Counted from the first letter of the stretch, positions 1 to 12,143 are shown. The stretch: 64,000 bases of DNA from Gammaproteobacteria bacterium (GCA_038142325.1 JAYQJW010000002.1:811328-875327), one strand, 5' to 3'. Notes: a model not told the origin generated them from the sequence alone. Numbers and translations: made by a program.

Positions 1-210
1 TTCTTGGTCATGATAGTTGGTTCCTGTGTTTCCAATATGTGGATTAGTGAAAGTGATGATTTGACTGTTGTAAGAAGGATCGGTAATCATTTCTTGATAA
101 CCAGTCATCGAAGTATTAAAAACAATTTCTCCGACAGTAATTTCATCGCTACCAATGGATTGAGCTGCTATTACAGTACCATCATCAGTTAATATAGCTG
201 CTCGTTTCAA
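1..210 (-). CDS. carA: Carbamoyl-phosphate synthase small subunit, 5' part (runs off the window)
   Basis: Manual translation from TTG at 210: [63 protein letters not shown], containing the Car[20 protein letters not shown] motif. AAGGA lies 7 nt upstream. Not in the ORF track. Confidence 0.95.
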   Translation of the reverse strand, partial: MKRAAILTDDGTVIAAQSIGSDEITVGEIVFNTSMTGYQEMITDPSYNSQIITFTNPHIGNTGTNYHDQE

Positions 211-231
211 AGACTTATCCTTGTTTTAAAT

Positions 232-265
232 AAAAAAAAAAAGATGCCTCTAATTGAGACATCTT
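232..265 (-). terminator. Intrinsic terminator (possible attenuator) about 21 nt upstream of carA
   Basis: Minus strand AAGATGTCTC-AATTA-GAGGCATCTT stem followed by a long U tract. Confidence 0.8.
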
Positions 266-314
266 GGATTGTTTTTAGTAAGTTTCACTAAAACTAAATG
301 ATACGATAAAACAC

Positions 315-1136
315 CTACTCTTGTCTAATAGATAATACGTTTTTATAGATTTCCTTTTTAGAATCTGTCGAAAACAACTTTATAACCTCCACAATATCCT
401 TATTAGATAACTTTTTAGAAATTAATTTTATAATTGCCTGGTGATAGTGACTAGTCGATTTAATGTTCTTACCTGGGCCAATTATAATTACAAACTCACC
501 TTTAGGCGCATTATTCCCAAAAAAATCAATTATTTCGTCAATATTGCCGTGTATAATAGATTCATGGATTTTAGTTAACTCTCTAAAAATCCCGATAGTT
601 ACATTGTCATAAATTTCTTTCACATCATTTAAAAGATCTATTACTCTATGTTTACTCTCAAATAAAACTAGAGGGAGTTTATTTGGATATAAACTTATTA
701 GTTTACTTTTCCTGTCTGATGACTTTTTAGGCAAAAATCCAAGAAATATAAACGAGTTGATTGGTATTCTAGACACAGATAGTGCGCAACTTAATGACGA
801 AGCTCCAGGGATTGGTATTACATTAGTAGACTTACTTATATTTGATTGAACGAAGAATCCAGGGTCTGAAATTGAAGGTGTGCCGGCATCTGTTACTAAT
901 GCAACATTATGATTTTTTTTTAGATAATTAATGATAGATTGAGCCTTTATACTTTCGTTATCTTTATTGTAGGAAAATACTTTCTTATCGATATCATAGT
1001 GAGACAGTAATTTTTTAGTCCTTTCTATGCTCTCTGCAAAAATTACATCAACACCTTTTAATGTATTGATAGCTCTTAATGTGATGTCTTCTAGATTACC
1101 AATAGGAGTTGAGACTAAATATAAATTTCCTTGCAT
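315..1136 (-). CDS. rsmI: 16S rRNA (cytidine-1402-2'-O)-methyltransferase
   Basis: LYLVSTPIGNLEDIT, DAGTPSISDPG and RELTKIHE motifs. Confidence 0.95.
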   Translation of the reverse strand: MQGNLYLVSTPIGNLEDITLRAINTLKGVDVIFAESIERTKKLLSHYDIDKKVFSYNKDNESIKAQSIINYLKKNHNVALVTDAGTPSISDPGFFVQSNISKSTNVIPIPGASSLSCALSVSRIPINSFIFLGFLPKKSSDRKSKLISLYPNKLPLVLFESKHRVIDLLNDVKEIYDNVTIGIFRELTKIHESIIHGNIDEIIDFFGNNAPKGEFVIIIGPGKNIKSTSHYHQAIIKLISKKLSNKDIVEVIKLFSTDSKKEIYKNVLSIRQE

Positions 1137-1198
1137 GAACTAACTTTATCACAGGCAATATATTATCTAATATAATTATCCCGGTTTCTGAGTTGAAA

Positions 1199-1825
1199 TT
1201 AAATATTAAAAAGTTCTTTTTCAGATTCAGTAAGACTTTCCTGAAATGATTCTCTTTCAAATATTCTCTCAGAGTATTCAGATATGATTTTGCTATTTTG
1301 AGCTAAATCAAAATCAAGTGATTTAAGCCTCCAGAGTAAAGGCGCTAAACTTGCGTCGACTAGCCCAAAATCATCGCTCATAAAAAATCCGTTTGTTTTA
1401 ATTAGTGGAGCTATCTCTAAAAAATAACTTTTAATCTTATCAATGAATTTAATGTCCAATTGCTCATCATTATAAGATTTAATATATTCGGGATACCATT
1501 GATTTTCTATTTCATATAATGCAAGCCTAAATTTAGCTCTAGAAATTGGATCGACTGGTAGTAATGGTGGATGCGGAAATCTTTCATCAAGATATTCAAT
1601 AATTACTCTCGAATTTTGAAGAACTAATTCTCTGTCAACCAAAGATGGGTATTGGTCATATGGGCTAAGAATTTTAATTTCGTCAGGTATGTTACTTAGG
1701 TCTACCTCATGTATTTCAGCAGATATCTCTTTTTCTTTTATTACTATTCGAGTTCTATGACTCTCAAGACAATTTGATAGAGAAAATAATAATATCGCAG
1801 ATCTGCGATTAGCCAACAATGTCAT
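1199..1825 (-). CDS. sspA: Stringent starvation protein A (GST-like)
   Basis: EYLDERFPHPPLLPVDP motif; conserved position after petC. No sspB follows. Confidence 0.92.
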   Translation of the reverse strand: MTLLANRRSAILLFSLSNCLESHRTRIVIKEKEISAEIHEVDLSNIPDEIKILSPYDQYPSLVDRELVLQNSRVIIEYLDERFPHPPLLPVDPISRAKFRLALYEIENQWYPEYIKSYNDEQLDIKFIDKIKSYFLEIAPLIKTNGFFMSDDFGLVDASLAPLLWRLKSLDFDLAQNSKIISEYSERIFERESFQESLTESEKELFNI

Positions 1826-2541
1826 TATTTAACATCTCTCCAATATTCTATCTTAAGAAGATAAGTAATAAAGACAAAAAAGACAAGGAATATCATTACC
1901 CACAAGCCTATTGAATATCTCTCAAGTTGCGCAGGTTCTGATACATAGGTTAAAAAGTTTACTAAATCTGTAATTTCTTGCTCATACTGCTTTTGCGTGA
2001 GTTCACCTTTTATTTTGACTGATAACATGCTGTTACTGTCTAGTGTCTTTAAACCTTCTTTATACCAAAGAACATGAGGCATGTTGACATTTGGATAAAG
2101 AATATTATTCACTCCCATCGGTCTTGTGTCATCCTCATAAAAAGATGTAAGAAAAGTATAAATCCACTCTGGTCCACGAGATCTTGCAGTTAGAGTTAGG
2201 TCAGGTGGTACAACACCAAAAACTTCTTTAATTGAGTCAGAATTTACAGAATTTAGGACAGTCGATCCAAGTTTTGTTTTCTCACCTTTATTAGTTGTTA
2301 GTATAAGATTAGACTTAACCATCTCTTCGCTGATACCTAAATCATCAACAAATTTACTGTATCTATGATATTGAAGAGTATGACATCCGGCACAATTATT
2401 AAAATAGATTTGTGCTCCCCTCTGTAATGATGCCTTATTTCCTAAATCTATAAATACAGGCTTAAGCTCACCTCCAGATGCTGTGTGAGCAAGTTGAGTA
2501 ATTAACATTAAAGGCAATAAATAAAGACAAAATCTAATCAT
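1825..2541 (-). CDS. petC: Cytochrome c1
   Basis: SLQRGA, CAGCH heme site, PPDLTL, C-terminal TM helix. Confidence 0.95.
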   Translation of the reverse strand: MIRFCLYLLPLMLITQLAHTASGGELKPVFIDLGNKASLQRGAQIYFNNCAGCHTLQYHRYSKFVDDLGISEEMVKSNLILTTNKGEKTKLGSTVLNSVNSDSIKEVFGVVPPDLTLTARSRGPEWIYTFLTSFYEDDTRPMGVNNILYPNVNMPHVLWYKEGLKTLDSNSMLSVKIKGELTQKQYEQEITDLVNFLTYVSEPAQLERYSIGLWVMIFLVFFVFITYLLKIEYWRDVK

Positions 2542-3751
2542 GCATTGTTACTCTGTCGGGAACTGGCTTAGTTTTCTCATTTTTACTTGTTATATAAAGC
2601 AGAACAAAAAATGCAAAATAAACTAAAGTAAATAGTCTACCAAGTAGAGTTAGTGTCGGAGTTGCTGCTTTCATACCTATATAGCCTAATCCTATAAAAC
2701 TCACTACAAATGATACAAGTAATACTTTATAGGTAGTTGATCTGTATCTTATTGATTTGACTTTGCATCTATCTAGCCAGGGCATTAAGAAGAGAACAAA
2801 AATTGCTAAGCCCATAGCAATGACACCTCCTAATTTATCTGGTATTGCTCTTAGTATTGCGTAAAATGGCGTAAAATACCAAACTGGAACAATGTGTTCA
2901 GGAGTTTTAAGTGGATCTGCTGGTACGAAATTATCTTTTTCCAGAAAAAATCCTCCAAATTCAGGAAGGAAGAATACAACAAACATAAATATAGTAAGAA
3001 ATACTGCAAGACCAAAGATGTCTTTAACAGTGTAATATGGATGAAATGGAATGCCATCAATTGGAACGCCGTCATTATTTTTATTTTCTTTAATTTCTAT
3101 GCCATCTGGATTATTCGAACCTACAGTATGCAAAGCTGCAATATGTAGATAAATTACTGCAAACAGCAATAGAGGTAGTGCTATTACATGGAATGCAAAA
3201 AATCTATTTAAGGTCGCATCAGAAATAACATAGTCGCCACGAATCCAAAGAGCAAGAGACTCACCAATAAATGGTATTGCTCCAAAAAGTGAGATTATAA
3301 CCTGAGCGCCCCAGTATGACATTTGTCCCCATGGAAGCAGATATCCCATAAATGCTTCTGCCATCAGAAGAACAAAAATAAACATACCAAACAGCCATAG
3401 AAGTTCTCTTGGCTTTTTGTACGATCCATACATCAACGCTCTCAACATATGTAGATAGATAACTATGAAAAAAAATGAGGCTCCAGTTGAATGCATATAT
3501 CTTATTAACCAGCCCCACTCTACATCTCTCATGATGTATTCTACTGACGCAAAAGCAGATGCTGCATCGGGCTTATAGTTAATTGTAAGAAAAATTCCTG
3601 TAATAATTTGTAAAATAAAAACGAAAAGGGCTAAGCTTCCAAAAAAATAAAAGAAATTAAAGTTTTTAGGAGCGTAATATTCTGATAAGTGATTTTTTAC
3701 AAACTTAGTTAGAGGAAGCCTCTCGTCTATCCAGGCGATTAATCTGCTCAT
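2534..3751 (-). CDS. petB: Cytochrome b
   Basis: [24 protein letters not shown] motifs. Confidence 0.97.
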   Translation of the reverse strand: MSRLIAWIDERLPLTKFVKNHLSEYYAPKNFNFFYFFGSLALFVFILQIITGIFLTINYKPDAASAFASVEYIMRDVEWGWLIRYMHSTGASFFFIVIYLHMLRALMYGSYKKPRELLWLFGMFIFVLLMAEAFMGYLLPWGQMSYWGAQVIISLFGAIPFIGESLALWIRGDYVISDATLNRFFAFHVIALPLLLFAVIYLHIAALHTVGSNNPDGIEIKENKNNDGVPIDGIPFHPYYTVKDIFGLAVFLTIFMFVVFFLPEFGGFFLEKDNFVPADPLKTPEHIVPVWYFTPFYAILRAIPDKLGGVIAMGLAIFVLFLMPWLDRCKVKSIRYRSTTYKVLLVSFVVSFIGLGYIGMKAATPTLTLLGRLFTLVYFAFFVLLYITSKNEKTKPVPDRVTMHD

Positions 3752-4341
3752 GATGCGCTATCTTCCCCAACAATAAGTTTTGTTTCACTAGCAAAGTAAT
3801 AAGGTGGTACTTCTAAATTGTATGGTGCGGGCATACCTTTATGTACACGTCCTGACAAATCAAACTTTGAGCCATGACATGGACAGAAGAAACCTCCCTT
3901 CCATTCTAGACCTAGATCTTTATTTTCTCCTGGTTTGTAAAGTGGAGAGCATCCCAAGTGTGTGCATACACCGAGTAAAACTAAATACTCAGGTTTTATA
4001 GATCTAAATTTGTTTTGAGCATATTGAGGTTGATGTTCACCTGTTGATTCAGAGTCAGCTAAATAGTCAACTTGGTTTTCAATTTTAGCTAGCATCTCTG
4101 GTGTACGATGAACTACCCAAACAGGTTTCCCCCTCCACTCTATAATCTTGAAAGCGCCTGGTTTTATTCCCGTTAAATCTATCTCTACTGGTGCACCAGC
4201 CATTTTAGTTTTTTCACTAGGAGACATTGTTGATAAGAATGGAATAGCAGCAAACACTGCTCCGACTCCGCCCATCACCTTAGTGAGATTTGTGAGAAAT
4301 TTTCTTCTGTTTGGAGATTTATTACCTTTATTTTCGTCCAT
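3748..4341 (-). CDS. petA: Ubiquinol-cytochrome c reductase Rieske Fe-S subunit
   Basis: Tat motif RRKFL, CTHLGC and CPCHGS; start taken at ATG MDENK. Confidence 0.96.
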   Translation of the reverse strand: MDENKGNKSPNRRKFLTNLTKVMGGVGAVFAAIPFLSTMSPSEKTKMAGAPVEIDLTGIKPGAFKIIEWRGKPVWVVHRTPEMLAKIENQVDYLADSESTGEHQPQYAQNKFRSIKPEYLVLLGVCTHLGCSPLYKPGENKDLGLEWKGGFFCPCHGSKFDLSGRVHKGMPAPYNLEVPPYYFASETKLIVGEDSAS

Positions 4342-4420
4342 GTTTTTGAAGTACAATTTTGGGAGTAATATATCATATAATCATTCTCTAATATATACTT
4401 TAACCATACTTATTTGGATT

Positions 4421-5416
4421 ATGCTTAAAGAACTTACTAAATATGTGGTGATAGGAATACTTGCTGGTTTTATAGCTTACTCATTCACATTAAAGAAACC
4501 TGTGTCAATTAAAGTGACTGAATCAGAAACAAGTATGGCCAGTATATCTAAAGATTCCTTCAATCACATATACTCATCTGTTAAAGATTCTGTAGTTACA
4601 ATCAAAACAAATATCGGACGTGGGTCAGGTGTTGTTGTTACAGATCAAGGTCATATTGTAACGAATGAGCATGTTATTAGAGGTGCTAGGCAGATTCAGA
4701 TCATAACATCTGATAATGTATCTTTCCCAGCTACCATTGTTGGTACAGATGCTATAACAGACATTGCATTACTAAAAAGCAATTACATTGGTGAACCAAT
4801 AATATTCTCAGACTCATCAAAAGCAAAAATAGGTGATATCGTTTTAGCAATAGGAAATCCCTTTGGTGTAGGTCAAACACTAACTCAAGGTATCATCTCT
4901 AGAACAAATAGTGGGCATATTACTGAAAATCCCCTTGATGAGTTTCTTCAATCTGATGCAGCAATTAATCCAGGTAATTCAGGAGGCGCCATGGTGAACA
5001 CATCAGGAAAATTAATAGGAATAAATACAATGAATCTATCTTTAGGTGGAGGAAGTGATGGGATTGGTCTAGCTGTCCCATCAAATTTAGTGAAAAACAT
5101 TATTGAACAGATAATTAAATATGGTCAAGTTGTCAGAGGATATGTTGGCTTATCTGCTTACGATACTCCAAATGGAGTCATGATTACAAAAGTTCTTAAA
5201 AATGGACCAGCAGACCTAGCTGGACTAAAGCCAAGAGACATAATACTTAGTATTAATGATATGAAAATTAAAAACATTAAACAGGTAGTTAAAATTGTTG
5301 CATCACTTGAAGTAAATCAGAAAATTACTGTTAAGCATTTAAGGAATGAAAGCGTCTTAGAAACGGTAATAAACGTTGCCCAAATGCCTGAATCTCATAA
5401 AACTATAAATAGATAG
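4421..5416 (+). CDS. degS: DegS/AlgW-like HtrA serine protease with one PDZ domain
   Basis: N-terminal TM; TNEHV, DIALL and GNSGG triad motifs; single PDZ. Start reassigned to ATG 4421. Confidence 0.8.
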   Translation: MLKELTKYVVIGILAGFIAYSFTLKKPVSIKVTESETSMASISKDSFNHIYSSVKDSVVTIKTNIGRGSGVVVTDQGHIVTNEHVIRGARQIQIITSDNVSFPATIVGTDAITDIALLKSNYIGEPIIFSDSSKAKIGDIVLAIGNPFGVGQTLTQGIISRTNSGHITENPLDEFLQSDAAINPGNSGGAMVNTSGKLIGINTMNLSLGGGSDGIGLAVPSNLVKNIIEQIIKYGQVVRGYVGLSAYDTPNGVMITKVLKNGPADLAGLKPRDIILSINDMKIKNIKQVVKIVASLEVNQKITVKHLRNESVLETVINVAQMPESHKTINR

Positions 5417-6708
5417 TTACTTTCTTAATTTTGCTGAATTTGAATGTGAATACAATCCTTCACAGTCTGCCAATTGTGATGCTATTTCAGCTAATTCTTT
5501 TGAATGAGATTTTGATATCTTCATTAGACTTGTGCGTTTTAGAAAATCATAAACACCTAGAGGTGAGGCATACTTAGCTGAACCATTCGTTGGCAAAACA
5601 TGGTTTGGGCCTGCGCAATAATCTCCAAATACTTCAGGACTATTTTCTCCTATAAAGATTGCGCCTGCATTCCTTATTTTATCCTCTAATTTATATCTTT
5701 CATATCCAAATATTTCTAGATGCTCAGGAGCAATATTATCAGCTATCTCAACTATACTCTTGAATAGTATTTGCTTTTATAAAAAGGCCTCTAGAGGTAA
5801 GAGATTTTTTTATTATGTCTTTTCTCGTTTGATGAGTTAATAACTTATCAATCTGTTTGTTAACATCATTGATTAACTTATCACTAGTAGACAAAAGAAT
5901 TGCTTGAGCAAGTTCATCATGCTCAGCTTGCGCAAACATATCAGTAGCAATTAGCTCTGGATTAGTATTTTTATCTGCGATTATGAGCACCTCTGATGGA
6001 CCAGCAAAACTATCAATGCCAACTTTACCAAAAACTTTCTTTTTAGCAGTCGCAACATAGATGTTGCCAGGTCCAACGATTTTATCGACTGCTTTGAATA
6101 GTCTTTGTGCCAAAAGCAAGCGCGGCAATAGCATGTGCTCCACCAAATTTGAAAATCTTATCAACTCCACATAAATCAGCTGCAACTAAAACTAGTGGAT
6201 TTAATTTTCCATTAATAGGAGGGCATGTCATAACAATATTTTTTACGCCAGCAATCTTTGCTGGAATAGCATTCATTAGAACTGTAGAGGGATAACTTGC
6301 TTTGCCGCCAGGCACATAGATTCCCACGTTCTCAATAGGTACTACTTTTTCACCTATTTTGGAGCCCTTAACATTGATATGCCAGCTTCTTAATTTTTGA
6401 TTATTAGAGAATTTTTTAATATTACGCATAGCCTGTTTAAGACTTGACAGAGTTTTTTTTGATACAGATGAATATGCAGCATTTATTTCTTTTTTAGTTA
6501 CTACTGAATCAGAAATTTTTTTATAAGATGTTTTATCATATTGTTTAATAAACTTACGTAATCCAACATCGCCATACCTTTCAACATGATCTAAAATTTT
6601 TTGAACATTTTGCTCTATAAGGTATGAGTTCGCTTGTTTGAAAGATACAAATTGAGATAGTTTGCTATTAAAATTAGCTTGAGATGAATTTAAAACCTTA
6701 ATTTTCAT
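5417..6708 (-). CDS. hisD: Histidinol dehydrogenase (two apparent frameshifts)
   Basis: GIYVPGGKASYPSTVLMN, KIVGPGNIYV, AQAEHD, APEHL, GPNHVLPT spread over three frames. Confidence 0.93.
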
Positions 6709-7758
6709 TTATCGCTTGCAATGTTTCATCAATGCTTGTTATAAGGTCTTCGGTTTCACTCCAACCAATACAAGAATCGGTAATACTTTGTCCATATTTA
6801 AGCTTTTTTCTTTATCATCAATTTTTTGATTTCCCTCAACAAGATTGCTTTCTAACATTAATCCTATAATATTTTTTTCACCAGATAATAATTGCTGTCT
6901 CACGTCCTCAACAACATTGACTTGTAGCTTATAGTTTTTGTGACTGTTCGCATGACTCGCATCAATCATAATATTAGGCAACATGCCATTATCTACAAGT
7001 ATTTTTGAAGATTCCTTAACATCTTCTGATGTATAATTAACTTTATTATTACCGCCACGATGTATTATGTGACAATCCATGTTTCCTGAGGTATTAAAAA
7101 TAGCTGATTTACCTTCTTTAGTTACAGAAAGAAAGCTATGAGAGTGTCTAGCTGCGTTCATTGCGTCTATCGCGATTTGTAGACTTCCATCAGTTCCATT
7201 TTTAAAACCAACTGGGCAAGATAATCCAGATGCTAATTCGCGATGGCTTTGACTCTCAGTCGTCCTTGCGCCAATAGCGCCCCAACTTATTAGATCTGAG
7301 ACATACTGAGGACTGACTAAATCTAAAAATTCATGTCCACATGGTATTTTCATTTCTGCTAAATCTATTAGTAACTGTCTAGCTAACCTGATGCCTTTAT
7401 TTATCTTAAATGATCCATCAAGATCTGGATCGTTTATTAGGCCTTTCCAACCTACTACTGTTCTTGGTTTTTCAAAATAAACTCTCATGATTATCAAACA
7501 ATTATCTGAAAGACTTTGGTTTAATTTTTTTAGATTAGTCGCATATTCTTTAGCAGCATCAATATCGTGAATTGAACATGGACCTACAACAATTATAAAT
7601 TTTTTACTGGATTTATTTAAAATTGAGGATATTTCATCTCGGGCATTAATTATAGTTTCTATACCATCAGAGGACGGAGACATAGACTCAATAAGCTCTC
7701 TTGGACTAACAAGCTCTTGAGTATTTATAATTCTTAAGTCATCAGTCTTATTGGACAT
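6698..7758 (-). CDS. aroG: Class I DAHP synthase (AroF/G/H family); frameshift near the C-terminus
   Basis: VGPCSIHD, MRVYFEKPRT, GARTTESQ, DASHANS; YGQSITDSCIGW lies in a shifted frame after an A-run. Confidence 0.9.
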
Positions 7759-8365
7759 ATTTCTTTATTTCATCCAGAAAAAAATTAATTTCATCCCTTT
7801 TGATTTTGTAAGAAACCTTGTTAGCAATCAATAAAGATGAGATGTCTGAAATTTTATCATATTCTTTAAGTCCATTCTCTTTGAGAGTGTTTCCAGTTTC
7901 TACTATGTCTACAATAAAATCTGATAATTTCAATACTGGCGCCAACTCTACTGAACCATAGAGTTCTAAAATAGAACACTGTAATCCAATATGCTCAAAA
8001 TAACTTTTAGTAATATTTGGATATTTTGTAGCAACTTTCATGTTGTTAAAATATTTAGATTTAGCTTTGCCTGCAACCACTAGCCTACACTGTGATAACT
8101 TCATATCATGCAATCTATAATGGTTTTCTTTATCATCTTCCATAAGTGTATCAGCACCAACGATACCGAGGTCAACTTTGCCTGAATCAATGTATACCGG
8201 TACATCAGAGGCTTTAATTACTATAACTTCCAAATTCTTATAATTAGTAGGGATAATTAATTTTCTAGATGTTATTGGATTGTATTTACACTCAATACCA
8301 ATTTTTTGTAAAATAGCGTTACATTTTTCCAGGATTCTACCTTTGGCTATAGCTAATCTAATCAT
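7748..8365 (-). CDS. hisG: ATP phosphoribosyltransferase, short form (needs HisZ)
   Basis: LAIAKGRI, VATKYP, GSVELAP, DIVETGNTLKENGL; 205 aa. Confidence 0.95.
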   Translation of the reverse strand: MIRLAIAKGRILEKCNAILQKIGIECKYNPITSRKLIIPTNYKNLEVIVIKASDVPVYIDSGKVDLGIVGADTLMEDDKENHYRLHDMKLSQCRLVVAGKAKSKYFNNMKVATKYPNITKSYFEHIGLQCSILELYGSVELAPVLKLSDFIVDIVETGNTLKENGLKEYDKISDISSLLIANKVSYKIKRDEINFFLDEIKKYVQ

Positions 8366-8376
8366 GGATATGCATT

Positions 8377-9636
8377 TTACATAGGTTTTCTTGAAATCCT
8401 AGCACCAATTAACTGTAGTTTCTCTTCAATACAGTCATAACCTCTATCAATATGATAAACTCTTCCAATCTCAGTAGTTCCTTTTGCAGCTAAACCAGCT
8501 AAAATTAAACTGGCAGAAGCTCTGAGATCTGTAGCCATTACTGGAGCGCCATTTAATTCCTGGATGCCTGTAATTTCTGCTGTATTTTCTCTTATTTTAA
8601 TTTTAGCCCCCATCCTCAAAAGCTCTTGTGCATGCATAAATCTATTTTCAAAAATATTTTCTTTAACAATACAGTCTCCCGAACCTAGACAATTTAGTGC
8701 TGTCATCTGTGCTTGCATATCAGTGGGAAATAATGGATAAGCATTAGTCTCAATATTCACTGCCTTCGGACGTTTTTTCATTTTTATTCTCACTGAATTT
8801 TTTAAGACTTTGATATCAACTCCTGACTCAGTAAGTTTATCTATCACAGCTTTAGAGTGAGATGGAATAATGTTGCGTATTTCAACATCACCTTTAGTTA
8901 TTGCTGCAGCAACCATAAAAGTTCCAGCTTCTATTCGATCAGGTAAAGGTTTGTGTGTTGTACCTTTAAGTTTATTTACGCCTTCTACTGTAATCTTATT
9001 TGTTCCATGACCTGAAATCTTTGCACCCATCTTAATTAAAAAATTGCACAAATCAGATATCTCAGGCTCACATGCGCAATTTTCTATCACAGTTTTTCCC
9101 TCAGCTAGCGTGGCAGCCATTATTATATTCTCAGTTCCGGTGACAGACTTACTAGGGAAAACTATTTTCGCGCCTTTTAGCCTATGAGCTTTTGCAGATA
9201 CATAGCCACCTTCAACAGATATTGTTGCTCCCATTTTCTCTAATGCAGATAAATGCATATCAACAGGCCTCATTCCAATTGCACACCCTCCTGGCAGGGA
9301 AACTTTAGCCTCACCAAATCTAGATAATAGAGGCCCTAAAACTAAAATTGATGACCTCATTGTCTTTACAAGTTCATATGGGGCATAGAGTGTATGAATT
9401 GTTGATGAGTCTAGAGAAATATGCATTAGTTCATCCATAGTGACGCTAACGCCCATCTGAGTTAAGAGCCTTGTGGTTGTTGTAACGTCTTGAAGGTGAG
9501 GGATGTTCTCAAGTTCAACTGAACCATTTGAAACCATAACAGATGCACACAACATTGGTAAAACAGAGTTCTTAGCTCCTGAAATTTTTACTGAGCCAGT
9601 TAATGATTGTTGACCTTCTATTAAAAGCTTGTCCAT
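8377..9636 (-). CDS. murA: UDP-N-acetylglucosamine 1-carboxyvinyltransferase
   Basis: GAKNS, LPGGCAIG (active-site Cys), FENRFMH, ATDLRA. Confidence 0.97.
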   Translation of the reverse strand: MDKLLIEGQQSLTGSVKISGAKNSVLPMLCASVMVSNGSVELENIPHLQDVTTTTRLLTQMGVSVTMDELMHISLDSSTIHTLYAPYELVKTMRSSILVLGPLLSRFGEAKVSLPGGCAIGMRPVDMHLSALEKMGATISVEGGYVSAKAHRLKGAKIVFPSKSVTGTENIIMAATLAEGKTVIENCACEPEISDLCNFLIKMGAKISGHGTNKITVEGVNKLKGTTHKPLPDRIEAGTFMVAAAITKGDVEIRNIIPSHSKAVIDKLTESGVDIKVLKNSVRIKMKKRPKAVNIETNAYPLFPTDMQAQMTALNCLGSGDCIVKENIFENRFMHAQELLRMGAKIKIRENTAEITGIQELNGAPVMATDLRASASLILAGLAAKGTTEIGRVYHIDRGYDCIEEKLQLIGARISRKPM

Positions 9637-9687
9637 GACTATATTTTGTTTGTTTCGATATTCTAAAAGTTTATACTCAATAAAGCT

Positions 9688-12139
9688 ATGCTTAAAAGAA
9701 TTTCATTAATGTATGAGCGTTACATTCTCCATAACCCTATTAGAGTATTACTCTTTTTGGCATTAATTTTATCTTTCTCTATAGTTAATATTAAATACTT
9801 CGAGCTAGATGCCTCTGCAGACACTCTAATTCTTGACGATGATGAAGATTTAAAAAATTTTTCGTGATACCAACGAAAAATATAAATCAAGTGATTTTAT
9901 GATATTAACAATTACGGATAAGTATCAAGATACATTTTCACCAGAAACACTATCTTTTATAAAAACTCTAACACAAGAGATAACTAAAGCTGATTATGTT
10001 GAATCCGTTACCTCGATTACTAATATTCCATTAGTTACAAGTTCCCAAAAACCATTAACGGAACTGATCAATGAAGTTCCAAACATTTTAAGTGAAGATA
10101 TAAATAAAAAATTAGCTAGAGAAGAAATATTATCTAGCCCGATATATAAAGATTTGATAATTAGCTCTGATGCAAAAACTTCTGCGATGCAGATAGTAAT
10201 AAGAAAAAATCAAAATCTTGTAGACGCATTAAATAAAAGAGATATGCTCTATCAAAAATATTCAAGCAATCCCATATATGAAGATGCGTACGTTGAATCA
10301 AAAGCAGCCTATGATTCTATTGCAAAAGAAGAAAAGGAAAATATTGGCGCATTAATAAAAGAATTAAGAGTCATACAAGATAAATACTCTTCAGAAAGAT
10401 ATGAGATTAGGCTTGGCGGAATACCAATGATTACTGATGATATGATTACTTTTATAAGAAATGATTTAGTTAATTTTGGCATCGGTGTATTGGCTTTTAT
10501 TCTTGTGACTCTAATCATAATATTCAGAAAAGTAATTTGGGTTATAGCCCCAGTAATTAATTGTATTTATGCAGTTATATTTATGATTGGATTACTGGGA
10601 TATCTTGACTGGAAGGTTACAGTCATATCATCTAATTTTATATCTCTTATGCTTATTTTAACATTATCGATGAATATTCATATTATTGTACGGTATAGAC
10701 AAATATACAGTTCTAAGAAAAATAGTAAATTTAACTCAATATCAGAAACGATGAAAAAAATGATTTGGCCATGTCTTTATACCGCACTAACCACGATTGT
10801 TGCATTTGCATCATTAGTGTTTAGTGACATCAAACCCGTTATTGATTTTGGATATATGATGGTTATCGGGCTAACTACTCTTTTTATAACATCTTTTACT
10901 CTGCTTCCATGTGTAATTATAATTCTCTCAAATGATGAAAACTCAATAATCAATAACAGTCAAACTAGTTCATTCATAACGGATATACTAGCAAATGTTG
11001 CTCGTAATCATGGAAAATACATTTATGCAGCAACAGTTTTTATTTCAATAATTACGCTTTATGGACTTTTTCAGCTTAAAGTTGAAAACAGTTTTATAAA
11101 CTACTTCAGATCAGATACCGAAATCCACAAAGGAATGAAATTGATAGATAATGAGTTGGGTGGAACAACACCAATGGATATAATTTTGAAATTTGATAAT
11201 TCGCAGAATTCTATAGATGATGATTTTGATGACTTATTCGGTGGCGACGAGGACATCAAAAGTTCAAATTGGTTTACTACAGAAAAAATTAATAAAATAA
11301 AATATGTTCATGATTATCTAGACAACAACCAATACATAGGTAAAGTGTTATCTCTTGCTTCATCAATTCGGGTTGCTGAAATTGTGAATGATAATAAAGA
11401 GTTAAATAGCCTTGAAATGTCTTTGCTTTATAAAAAACTTCCTGATGAGGTTAAAGACATTGCGGTTAATCCGTATTTATCAATTGAACATAATGAGGCA
11501 AGAATTAGTGTTCGAATACTTGATTCTGATAAAGACCTCAGACGATCAGAGCTTATTAATACCATCAAATCTGATCTTACTACTGACCCTTACTTGAAAT
11601 CAGATAATATCACCGTAACTGGCATACTAATTCTATACAACAACATGCTTCAAAGTTTATTTGATTCGCAAATTAAATCTTTAGGTTTTGTAATGCTGAT
11701 TATTGCTCTAATGTTTCTGCTACTCTTTAGATCTTTTAGGCTAATGGTAATTGGAATAGTACCTAATCTGTTATCAGCGTTATTAGTTTTAGGAATAATG
11801 GGTATAATGAAACTTCCATTAGATATGATGACTATTACTATTGCAGCTATTACTGTTGGAATAGCAGTTGACAATAGCATTCATTATATTTATCGATATA
11901 GAGAAGAATACTATACTTATCAGGACTACCTCAAAACTGTAAGCGTGTGTCATTCCAGTATAGGTAAAGCAATATTTTTTACAGGTATAACAGTAATTTT
12001 TGGTTTCTCCATCTTAATCTTATCAAATTTTATTCCTACAATAATCTTTGGTACTTTGACAGGCCTTGCTATGTTTGTTGCGTTAATATCAGTTCTGACC
12101 TTACTACCTAGACTCCTTATCTCATTGAAACCACTTTGA
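9688..12139 (+). CDS. MMPL/RND-family (HpnN-like) transporter; frameshift near 9860
   Basis: Two-repeat RND architecture, GIAVDNSIH motif, TALTTIVAFASL. The N-terminal TM (MLKRISLMYERYILHNP...) is in another frame from ATG 9688. Confidence 0.85.
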
Positions 12140-12143
12140 TAAT

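Noticed and set aside
4-192. 62-aa plus-strand ORF, and the many other short antisense ORFs in the track (for example 22435-22899, 37228-37614, 53033-53428, 54607-54996)
   Set aside because: They are shadows of well-supported genes on the opposite strand or in another frame, with no motifs or RBS.
211-314. RNase P RNA (rnpB), often found downstream of rsmI
   Set aside because: The gap is only about 100 nt and lacks the conserved GAGGAAAGTCC motif.
4148-4420. Long N-terminal extension of DegS overlapping petA
   Set aside because: It is antisense to petA coding sequence; ATG 4421 gives the normal TM-anchored start.
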